From the NCBI RefSeq assembly GCF_009914755.1, contig NC_060937.1: DNA of 64,000 nt. The stretch is one strand, 5' to 3'. Each line of letters starts with the position of its first letter. Within the stretch, counting starts at the first letter, position 1. Below the pieces are notes generated by a model, which saw only the letters and a program-made list of their open reading frames with translations, was not told where the DNA came from and did no database searches. This stretch comes from the human T2T-CHM13v2.0 reference genome, Homo sapiens. Below are positions 47,157 to 61,300 of this stretch, in pieces. A program made the position numbers and the translations under genes.

Positions 47157-50100
47157 ATACTGTACATAATATACCAAAGTACCCCAAATATATATTTTAT
47201 ACTGTCCATGAAATATCCAAGTTCACAAACTATATATTATGTACTGTACATAAAATATCAAAGTACCCAAGGTATACATTTTATACTGTACAAAAAATAT
47301 CAAAGTACCGAAAGCATGTATTATATACTGTACATAAAATATGAAAGTACATGAAATATATATTTTATTCTGTACAAAAAATATCAAAGTACACCAAATA
47401 TATATTCTATAGTGTACATAAAATATCAAAGTACCCAAACTATACATTATATACTGTACATAAAATATGAAATTACATCAAATAAATATTATGTTATGTA
47501 CAGAAAATATGAAAATACATCAAATATAGATTATATACTGTACATAAAATATCAAAGCACCCCAAATATATATTATATACTCTACATGAAATATCAAATT
47601 TCACAAACTATATATTATATACTGCACATAAAATATCATAGTACCCAAGGTATATATTCTATACTCTACAAAAAATATCAAAGAACCCAAAGCATGTATT
47701 ATATACTGTACATAAAATATGAAAGTACATCAAATATATATTTTATTCTGTACATAAAATATCAAAGTACACCAAATATATATTCTATACTGTACATAAA
47801 ATATCAAAGTACCCAAACTATACATTATATAGTGTACATAAAATATGAAATTACATCAAATATATATTATATTAGGTACAGAAAATATGAAAATACATCC
47901 AATATAGATTATATACTGTACATAAAATACCAAAGGACCACAAATGTATATTTTATACTGTACATGAAATATCAAAGTTCACAAGCTATATATCATATAC
48001 TGTACATAAAATATCAAAGTACTCAAGGTATATATTCTATACTGTACAAAAAATATCAAAGTACCCAAAACATGTATTATATACTGTACATAAAATATGA
48101 AAGTACATCAAATATATATTTTATTCTGTACATAAAATATCAAAGTACACCAAATATATATTCTATAGTGTACATAAAATATCAAAGTAGCCAAACTATA
48201 CATTATATACTGTACATAAAATATGAAATTACATCAAATATATATTATATTAGGTACATAAAATATGAAAGTACATCAAATATAGATTATATACTGTACA
48301 TAAAATACCAAAGTACCCCAAATATATATATTATATTGTACATGAAATATCAAAGTTCACAAACTATATATTATATACTGTACATAAAATATCAAAGTAC
48401 CCAAGGTATATATTCTATACTGTACAAAAAATATCAAAGTACCCAAAGCATGTATTATATACTGTACATGAAATATGAAAGTACATCAAATATATATTTT
48501 ATTCTGTACATAAAATATCAAAGTACACCAAATATATATTCTATACTGTACATAAAATATCAAAGTACCCAAACTATACATTATATACTGTACGTAAAAT
48601 ATGAAATTACATCAAATATATATTATATTAGGTACATAAAATATGAAAGTACATCAAATATAGATTATATACTGTACATAAAATACCAAAGTACCACAAA
48701 TATATATTTTTTACTGTACATGAGATATCAAAGTTCACAAACTATATATTATATACTGTACATAAAATATCAAAGTACTCAAGGTATATATTCTATACTG
48801 TACAAAAAATATCAAAGTACCCAAAGCATGTATTATATACTGTACATAAAATATGAAAGTACATGAAATATATTTTTATTCTGTACAAAAAATATCAAAG
48901 TACACCAAATATATATTCTATACTGTACATAAAATATTAAAGTACCCAAACTATACATTATATACTGTACATAAAATATGAATTTAAATCAAATATATAT
49001 TATATTAGGTACAGAAAATATGAAAGTACATCAAATATAGATTATATACTCTACATAAAATATCAAAGTACCCCAAATATATATAATATACTGTACATGA
49101 AATATCAAAGTTCACAAACTATATATTATATACTGTACATAAAATATGAATGTACCCAAGGTATATATTCTATACTATACAAAAACTATCAAAGTACCCA
49201 AAACCTGTATTATATACTATATATAAAATATGAAAGTGCATCAAATATATATTTTATTCTGTACATAAAATAAAAAAGTACACCAAATATATATTCTATA
49301 CTGTACATAAAATATCAAAGTACACAAACTATACATTATATACAGAACATAAAATATGAAATTACATCAAATATATATTAGTTACATAAAATATTAAAGT
49401 ACATCAAATATAGATTATATACTGTACTTAAAATACCAAAGTACCCCAAATATATATATTATATTGTACATGAAATATCAAAGTTCACAAACTATATATT
49501 ATATACTGCACATAAAATATCAAATCACCCAAGGTATATATTCTATACTGTACAAAAAATATCAAAGTACCCAAAGCATGTATTATATACTGTACATAAA
49601 ATATGAAAGTACATCAAATATATATTTTATTCTGTACATAAAATATCAAAGTACACCAAATATATATTCTATAGTGTACATAAAATATCAAAGTACCCAA
49701 ACTATACATTATATACTGTACATAAAATATGAAATTACATCAAATATATATTATATTAGGTACATAAAATATGAAAGTACATCAAAAATAGATTATATAC
49801 TGTACATAAAATACCAAAGTACCCCAAATACATATTATATACTGTACATGAAATATCAAAGTTCACAAACTATATATTGTATACTGTACATAAAATATCA
49901 AAGTACCGAAGGGATATATTCTATACTGTACAAAAAATATCAAAGTACCCAAAGCATGTATTATATACTGTACATAAAATATGAAAGTTCATCAAATATA
50001 TATTTTATTCTGTACATAAAATATCAAAGTACACCAAATATATATTATAAACTGTACATGCAATATCAAAGTTCACAAACTATATATCATATACTGTACA

Positions 50101-51520
50101 TAAAATATCAAAGTACCGAAGGTATATATTCTATACTGTCCAAAAAATATCAAAGTACCCAAAGCATGTATTATATACTGTACATAAAATATGAAAGTAC
50201 ATCAAATATATATTTTATTCTGTACATAAAATATCAAAGTACACCAAATATATATTCTATAGTGTACATAAAATATCAAAGTACCCAAACAATACATTAT
50301 ATACTGTACATAAAACATGAAATTACATCCAATATATATTATATTAGGTACATAAAATATGAAAGTACATCAAATATAAATTATATACTGTACATAAATT
50401 CCAAAGTACCCCAAATATATATTATATACTGTACATGAAATATCAAAGTTCACAAACTATATATTATATACTATACATAAAATATCAAAGTACCCAAAGT
50501 ATATATTCTACACTGTACAAAAAATATCAAAGTACCCAAAGCATGTATTATATACTGTACATAAAATATGAAAGTACATCAAATATATATTTTATACTGT
50601 ACATAAAATATCAAAGCACACTAAATATATATTCTATAGTGTACATAAAATATCAAAGTACCCAAACTATACATTATATACTGTACATAAAATATGAAAT
50701 TACATCAAATATATATTATATTAGGTACATAAAATATGAAAGTACATCAAATATAGATTATATACTGTACATAAAATACCAAAGTACCCCAAATACATAT
50801 AAAATACTGTACATGAAATATCAAAGTTCACAAACTATATATTATATACTGTACATAAAATATCAAAGTACCCAAGGTATATATTCTATACTGTACAAAA
50901 AATATCAAAGTACCCAAAGCAAGTATTATATACTGTACATCAAATATGAAAGTACATCAAATATATATTTTATTCTGTACATAAAATATCAAAGTACACC
51001 AAATATATATTCTATAGTGTACATAAAATATCAAAGTACCCAAACTATACATTATATACTGTACATAAAATATGAAATTACATCAAATATATATTATATT
51101 AGGTACATAAAATATGAAAGTACATCAAATATAAATTATATACTGTACATAAAATACCAAAGTACCCCAAATATATATTATAAACTGTATATGCAATATC
51201 AAAGTTCACAAACTATATATCATATACTGTACATAAAATATCAAAGTACCGAAGGTATATATTCTATACTGTCCAAAAAATATCAAAGTACCCAAAGCAT
51301 GTATTATATACTGTACATAAAATATGAAAGTACATCAAATATATATTTTATTCTGTACATAAAATATCAAAGTACACCAAATATATATTCTATAGTGTAC
51401 ATAAAATATCAAAGTACCCAAACTATACATTATATACTGTACATAAAATATGAAATTACATCAAATATATATTATATTAGGTACATGAAATATGAAAGTA
51501 CATCAAATATAGATTATATA
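47157..51520 (+). repeat. Macro-unit copy 3, internally deleted (about 4,361 bp)
   Basis: It matches the start of copy 2 at offset 11,876 up to about 50.2 kb, then the end of copy 2 at offset 4,361 (TACCCAAACAATAC at 45921/50282; ORFs 46074/50435). Confidence 0.85.
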
Positions 51521-54500
51521 CTGTACATAAAATACCAAAGAACCCCAAATATATATTATATACTGTAGATGAAATATCAAAGTTCACAAACTATATATTA
51601 TATACTGTACATAAAATATCAAAGTACCCAAGGTATGTATTCTATATTGTACAAAAAATATCAAAGTACCCAAAGCATGTATTATATACGGTACATAAAA
51701 TATGAAAGTACATCAAATATATATTTAATTCTGTACATAAAATATCAAAGTACACCAAATATATATTCCATAGTGTACATAAAATATCAAAGTACCCAAA
51801 CTATACATTATATACTGTACATAAAATATGAAATTACATCAAATATATATTATATTACGTACATAAAATATGAAAGTACATCAAATATAAATTATATACT
51901 GTACATAAAATACCAAAGTACCCCAAATATATATTATATACTGTACATGAAATATCAAAGTTCACAAACTATATATTATATACTGTACATAAAATATCAA
52001 AATACCCAAGGTATATATTCTATACAGTACAAAAAATATCAAAGTACGCAAAGCATGTATTATATACTGTTAATAAAATATGAAAGTACATCAAATATAT
52101 ATTTTATTCTGTACATAAAATATCAAAGTACCCAAACTATACATTATATACTCTATATAAAATATGAAATTACATCAAATATATATTATAATAGGTACAC
52201 AAAATATGAAACTACATCAAATATAAATTATATACTGTACATAAAATACCAAAGAACCCCAAATATATATTATATACTGTACATGAAATATCAAAGTTCA
52301 GAAACTATATATTATATACTGTACATAAAATATCAAAGTACCGAAAGTATATATTCTATACTATACAAAAAATATCAAAGTACCCAAAGCATGTATTATA
52401 TACTGTTCATAAAATATGAAAGAACATCAAATATATATTTTATTCTGTACATAAAATATCAAAGTACACTAAATATATATTCTATAATGTACATAAAATA
52501 TCAAAGAACCCAAACTATACATTATATACTGTACATAAAATATGAAATTACATCAAATATATATTATATTAGGTACATAAAATATGAAAGTACATCAAAT
52601 ATATATTATATACTGTACATAACATACCAAAGTACCCCAAATACATATTATATACTATACATGAAATATCAAAGTTCACAATCTATATATTACTTACTGT
52701 ACATAAAATATCAAAGTACCGAAGGTATATATTCTATACTGTACAAAACATATCAAAGTACCCAAATCATGTATTATATACTGGACATAAAATATGAAAG
52801 CACATCAAATATATATTTTATTCTGTACATAAAATATCAAAGTACACAAAATATATATTCTATAGTGTACATAAAATATCAAAGTACCCAAACTATACAT
52901 TATATACTGTACATAAAACATGAAATTACATCCAATATATATTATATTAGGTACATAAAATATGAAAGTACATCAAATATAAGTTATATATTGTACATAA
53001 AATACCAAAGTACCCCAAATATATATTATATACTGTACATGAAATATCAAAGTTCACAAACTATATATTATATACTGTACATAAAATATCAAAGTACCCA
53101 AGGTATATATTCTACACTGTACAAAAAATATCAAAGTACCCAAAGCATGTATTATATACTGTACATAAAATATGAAAGTACATCAAATATATATTTTATT
53201 CTGTACATAAAATATCAAAGTACACCAAATATATATTCTATAGTGTACATAAAATATCAAATTACCCAAACTATACATTATATACTGTACATAAAATATG
53301 AAATTACATCAAATACATATTATATTAGGTACATAAAATATGAAAGTACATCAAATATAAATTATACACTGTACATAAAATACCAAAGTACCCCAAATAT
53401 ATAATATATACTGTACATGCAATATCAAAGTTCACAAACTATATATTATATACTGTACATAAAATATCAAAGTATCAAAGGTATATATTCTATACTGTAC
53501 AAAAAATATCAAAGTACCCAAAGCAAGTATTATATACTGTACATAAAATATGAAAGTAAATCAAATATATATTAAATTCTGTACATAAAATATCAAAGTA
53601 CACCAAATATATATTTTATAGTGTACATAAAATATCAAAGTAGCCAAACTATACATTATATACTGTACATAAAATATGAAATTACATCAAATATATATTA
53701 CATTAGGTACATAAAATATGAAAGTACATCAAATATATATTATATACTGTACATAAAATACCAAAGTACCCCAAATACATATTATATACTGTACATGAAA
53801 TATCAAAGTTCACAAACTATATATTATATACTGTACATAAAATATCAAAGTACCGAAGGTATATATTCTATACTGTACAAAAAATATCAAAGTACGCAAA
53901 GCATGTATTATATACTGAACATAAAATATGAAAGTACATCAAATATATATTTTATTCTGTACATAAAATATCAAAGTACACCAAATATATATTCTATAGT
54001 GTACATAAAATATCAAAATACCCAAACTATACATTATATACTGTACATAAAATATGAAATTACATCAAATATATATTATAATAGGTACATAAAATATGAA
54101 AGTATATCAAATAAATTATATACTGTACATAAAATACCAAAGAACCCGAAATATATACTATATACTGTACATGAAATATCAAAGTTCACAAACTATATAT
54201 TATATACTGTATATAAAATATCAAAGTACCCAAGGTAAATATTCTATACTGTACAAAAAATATCAAAGTACCCAAAGCATGTATTATATACTGTTTATAA
54301 AATATGAAAGTACATCAAATATATATTATATACTGTACATAAAATACCAAAGTACCCCAAATACATATTTTATACTGTACATGCAATATCAAAGTTCACA
54401 AACTATATATTAAATACTGTACAAAAAATATCAAAGTTCTGAAGGTATATATTCTATACTGTACAAAAAATATCAAAGTACCCAAAGCATGTATTATATA

Positions 54501-55139
54501 CTGTTAATAAAATATGAAAGTACATCAAATATATATTTTATTCTGTACATAAAATATCAAAGTACACCAAATATATATTCTATAGTGTACATAAAATATC
54601 AAAATACCCAAACTATACATTATATACTGTACATAAAATATGAAATTACATCAAATATATATTATATTAGGTACATAAAATATGAAAGTACATCAAATAT
54701 AAATTATATACTGTAGATAAAATATCAAAGTACCTCAAATATATATTATATACTGTACATGAAATATCAAAGTTCACAAACTATATATTATATACTGTAC
54801 ATAAAATATCAAAGTACACAAGGTATATATTCTATACTGTACAAAAAATATCAAAGTACCCAAAACTTGTATTATATACTGTTCGTAAAATATGAAAGTA
54901 CATCAAATATATATTTTATTCTGTACATAAAATATCAAAGTACACCAAATATATATTCTATAGTGTACATAAAATATCAAAGTACCCAAACTATACATTA
55001 TATACTGTACATAAAATATGAAACTACATCAAATATATATTATATTAGGTACATAAAATATGAAAGTACATCAAATATAAATTATATACTGTACATAAAA
55101 TAGCAAAGTACCCCAAATATATATTATATACTGTACATG

Positions 55140-58100
55140 AAATATCAAAGTTCACAAACTATATATTCTATACTGTATATAAAATATCAAAGTACCCAAG
55201 GTATATATTCTATACTGTACAAAAAATATCAAAGTACCCAAAACATGTATTATATACTCTTCATAAAATATGAAAGTACATCAAATATATATTTTATTCT
55301 GTACATAAAATATCAAAGTACACCAAATATATATTCTATAGTGTACATAAAATATCAAAGTACCCAAACTATACATTATATACTGTACATAAAATATGAA
55401 ATTACATCAAATATATATTATATTAGGTACATAAAATATGAAAGTACATCAAATATAGATTATACACTGTACATAAAATACCAAAGAATCCCAAATATGT
55501 ATTATATACTGTACATAAAATATCAAAGTACCCCCAATATATATTATATACTGTACATGAAATATCAAAGTTCATAAACTATATATTATATACTGTACAT
55601 AAAATATCAAAGTACACAAGGTATATATTCTATACTGTACAAAAAATATCAAAGTACCCAACACAGGTATTATATACTGTTCATAAAATATCAAAGTACA
55701 TCAAATATATATTTTATTCTGTACATAAAATATCAAAGTACACCAAATATATATTCTATAGTGTACATAAAATATCAAAGTACCCAAACTATACATTATA
55801 TACTGTACATAAAGTATGAAATTACATCAAATATATATTATATTAGGTACATAAAATATGAAAGTACATCAAGTATAGATTATATACTCTACATAAAATA
55901 TCAAAGTACCCCAAATATATATTATATACTGTACATGCAATATCAAAGTTCACAAACTATATATTATATACTGTACATAAAATATCAAAGTACTGAAGGT
56001 ATATATTCTATACTGTACAAAAAATATCAAAGTACCCAAAGCATGTATTATATACTGTACATAAAATATGAAAGTACATCAAATATATATTTCATTCTGT
56101 ACATAAAATATCAAAGTACACCAAATATATATTCTATAGTGTACATAAAATATCAAAGTACCCAAACTATACATTATATACTGTACCTAAAATATGAAAT
56201 TACATCAAATATGTATTATATTAGGTAAATAAAATATGAAAGTACAACAAATATAGATTATGTAATGTACATAAAATACCAAATAACCCCAAATATATAT
56301 TTTACACTGTACATGCAATATCAAAGCTCACAAACTATATATTATATACTGTACATAAAATATCAAAGTACAGAAGGTATATATTCTATACTGTACAAAA
56401 AATATCAAAGTACCCAAAGCATGTATTAAATACTGTACATAAAATATGAAAGTACATCAAATATATATTTTATTCTGTACATAAAATATCAAAGTACACC
56501 AAATATATATTCTATAGTGTACATAAAATATCAAAGTACCCAAACTCTACATTATATACTGTACATAAAATATGAAATTACATCAAATCTATATAACATT
56601 AGGTACATAAAATATGAAAGTACATCAAATATAAATTATATACTGTACATAAAATACCAAAGTACCCCAAATATATATTATATACTGTACATGAAATATC
56701 AAAGTTCACAAACTATATATTATATACTGTACATAAAATATCAAAGTACCCAAGGTATATATTCTATACTGTACAAAAAATATCAAAGTACCCAAAGCAT
56801 GTATTATATACTGTATATAAAATATGAAAGTACATCAAATATATATTTAATTGTGTACATAAAATATCAAAGTACACCAAATATGTATTCTATAGTGTAC
56901 ATAAAATATCAAAGTACCCAAACTATACATTATATACTGTACATAAAATATGAAATTACATCAAATATATATTATATTAGGTACATAAAATATGAAAGTA
57001 CATCAAATATAGATTATATACTGTACATAAAATACCAAAGAACCCCAAATATATATTATATACTGTACATGAAATATCAAAGTTCACAAACTATATATTA
57101 TATACTGTACATAAAATATCAAAGTACCCAAGGTATACATTATATACTGTACACAAAATATGAAATTACATCAAATATATGTTATATTAGGTACATAAAT
57201 TATGAAAGTACATCAAATATAAATTATATACTGTACATAAAATATCAAATTACCTCAAATATATATTATATACTGTACATGAAATATCAAAGTTCACAAA
57301 CTATATATTATATACTGTACATAAAATATCAAAGTACCCAAGGTATATATTCTATACTGTACAAAAAATATCAAAGTACCCAAACATGTATTATATACTG
57401 TTCATAAAATATGAAAGTACATCAAATATATATTTAATTCTTTACATAAAATATCAAAGTACACCAAATATATATTCTATAGTGTACATAAAATATCAAA
57501 GTACCCAAACTATACATTACATACTGTACATAAAATATGAAATTACATCAAATATATATTATATTAGTTACATAAAATATGAAAGTACATCAAATATAGA
57601 TTATACACTGTACATAAAATACCAAAGAACCCCAAATATATATTATATACTGTACATGAAATATCAAAGTTCACAAACTATATATTATATACTGTACATA
57701 AAATATCAAAGTACCCAAGGTATATATTCTGTACTGTACAAAAAATATCAAAGTACCCAAAGCATGTATTATATACTGTTAATAAAATATGAAAGTACAT
57801 CAAATATATATTTTATTCTGTACATAAAATATCAAAGTACACCGAATATATATTCTATAGTGTACATAAAATATCAAATTACCCAAACTATACATTATAT
57901 ACTGTACATAAAATATGAAATTACATCAAATATATATTATATTAGGTACATAAAATATGAAAGTACATCAAATATAGATTATATACTGTACATAAAATAC
58001 CAAAGAACCCCAAATATATATTATATACTGTACATGAAATATCAAAGTTCACAAACTATATATTATATACTGTACATAAAATATCAAAGTACCCAAGGTA

Positions 58101-61100
58101 TATATTCTATACTGTACAAAAAATATCAAAGTACCCAAAGCATGTATGATATACTGTTCATAAAATATGAAAGTACATCAAATATATATTTTATTCTGTA
58201 CATAAAATATCAAAGTACACCAAATATATATTCTATAGTGTACATAAAATATCAAATTACCCAAACTATACATGATATACTGTACATAAAATATGAAATT
58301 ACATCAAATATATATTATATTAGGTACATAAAATATGAAAGTACCTCAAATATAGATTATATACTGTACATAAAATACCAAAGAACCCCAAATATATATT
58401 ATATACTGTACATGAAATATCAAAGTTCACAAACTATATATTATATACTGTACATAAAATATCAAAGTACCCAAGGTATATATTCTATACTGTACAAAAA
58501 ATATCAAATTACCCAAAACAGGTATTATATACTGTTCATAAAATATGAAAGTACATCAAATATATATTTTATTCTGTACATAAAATATCAAAGTACACCA
58601 AATATATATTCTATAGTGCACATAAAATATCAAAGTACCCAAACTAAACGTTATATACTGTACATAAAATATGAAATTACATCAAATATATATTACATTA
58701 GGTATATAAAATATGAAAGTACATCAAATATAGATTATATACTGTACATAAAATATCAAAGTACCCCAAATATATATTCTATACTGTATATAAAATATCA
58801 AAGTACCCAAGGTATATATTCTATACTATACAAAAAATATCAAAGTACCCAAAACATGTATTATATACTCTTCATAAAATATGAAAGTACATAAAATATA
58901 TATTTTATTCTGTACATAAAATATCAAAGTGCACCAAATATATATTCTATAGTGTACATAAAATATCAAAGTACCCAAACTATACATTATATACTGTACA
59001 TAAAATATGAAATTACATCAAATATATATTATATTAGGTACATAAAATATGAAAGTACATCAAATATAGATTATACACTGTACATAAAATACCAAAGAAT
59101 CCCAAATATATATTATATACTGTACATGAAATATCAAAGTTCACAAACTATATATTATATACTGTACATAAAATATCAAAGTACCCAAGGTATATATTCT
59201 ATACTATACAAAAAATATCAAAGTACCCAAAGCATGTATTATATACTGTTCAAAAAATATGAAAGTACATCAAATATATATGATATTCTGTACATAAAAT
59301 ATCAAAGTACACCAAATATATATTCTATAGTGTACATAAAATATCAAATTACCCAAACTATACATTATATACTGTACATAAAGTATGAAATTACATCAAA
59401 TATATATTATATTAGGTACATAAAATATGAAAGTACATCAAATATAAATTATATACTGTACATAAAATATCAAAGTACCCCCAATATATATTATATACTG
59501 TACATGAAATATCAAAGTTCAGAAACTATATATTATATACTGTACATAAAATATCAAAGTACACAAGCTATATATTCTATACTGTACAAAAAATATCAAA
59601 GTACCCAAAACATGTATTATATACTGTTCATAAAATATCAAAGTACATCAAATATATATTTTATTCTGTACATAAAATATCAAAGTACACCAAATATATA
59701 TTCTATAGTGTATATAAAATATCAAAGTACCCAAACTATACATTATATACTGTACATAAAGTATGAAATTACATCAAATATATATTATATTAGGTACATA
59801 AAATATGAAAGTACATCAAGTATAGATTATATACTGTACATAAAATGTCAAAGTACCCCAAATATATATTATATACTGTACATGCAATATCAAAGTTCAC
59901 AAACTATATATTATATACTGTACATAAAATATCAAAGTACTGAAGGTATATATTCTATACTGTACAAAAAATATCAAAGTTCCCAAAGCATGTATTATAT
60001 ACTGTACATAAAATATGAAAGTACATCAAATATATATTTCATTCTGTACATAAAATATCAAAGTACACCAAATATATATTCTATAGTGTACATAAAATAT
60101 CAAAGTACCCAAACTATACATTATATACTGTACCTAAAATATGAAATTACATCAAATATGTATTATATTAGGTAAATAAAATATGAAAGTACAACAAATA
60201 TAGATTATGTAATGTACATAAAATACCAAATAACCCCAAATATATATTTTATACTGTACATGCAATATCAAAGCTCACAAACTATATATTATATACTGTA
60301 CATAAAATATCAAAGTACAGAAGGTATATATTCTATACTGTACAAAAAATATCAAAGTACCCAAAGCATGTATTAAATACTGTACATAAAATATGAAAGT
60401 ACATCAAATATATATTTTATCCTGTACATAAAATATCAAAGTACACCAAATATATATTCTATAGTGTACATAAAATATCAAAGTACCCAAACTATACATT
60501 ATATACTGTACATAAAATATGAAATTACATCAAATATATATTACATTAGGTACATAAAATATGAAAGTACATCAAATATAAATTATATACTGTACATAAA
60601 ATACCAAAGTACCCCAAATATATATTATATACTGTACATGAAATATCAAAGTTCACACACTATATATTATATACTGTACATAAAATATCAAAGTACCCAA
60701 GGTATATATTCTATACTGTACAAAAAATATCAAAGTACCCAAAGCATGTATTATATACTGTATATAAAATATGAAAGTACATCAAATATATATTTAATTC
60801 TGTACATAAAATATCAAAGTACACCAAATATATATTCTATAGTGTACATAAAATATCAAAGTACCCAAACTATACATGATATACTGTACATAAAATATGA
60901 AATTACATCAAATATATATTATATTAGGTACATAAAATATGAAAGTACCTCAAATATAGATTATATACTGTACATAAAATACCAAAGAACCCCAAATATA
61001 TATTATATACTGTACATGAAATATCAAAATTCACAAACTATATATTATATACTGTACATAAAATATCAAATTACCCAAACTATACATTATATGCTGTACA

Positions 61101-61300
61101 TAAAATATGAAATTACATCAAATATATATTATATTAGGTACATAAAATATGAAAGTACATCAAATATAAATTATATACTGTACATAAAATATCAAAGTAC
61201 CTCAAATATATATTATATACTGTACATGAAATATCAAAGTTCACAAACTATATATTATATACTGTACATAAAATATCAAAGTACCCAAGGTATATATTGT
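55140..61300 (+). repeat. More diverged ~3.9-kb-period duplication
   Basis: Markers at offset 3947: AAGTATAGAT at 55871/59818, GTAAATAAAA at 56225/60172 and ORF starts 56517/60464. CTCTTCATA at 55257/58868 is at offset 3611 (=3947-336). There are more private differences than between the 11.9-kb copies. Confidence 0.78.

Noticed and set aside
2030-60190. AATAAA polyadenylation-like and TATAAA TATA-like motifs (for example about 2038, 4824, 5410, 20186)
   Set aside because: They are single-base variants of the consensus CATAAAA or AATATA, expected by chance in about 79% AT sequence. There is no supporting context without transcript data.
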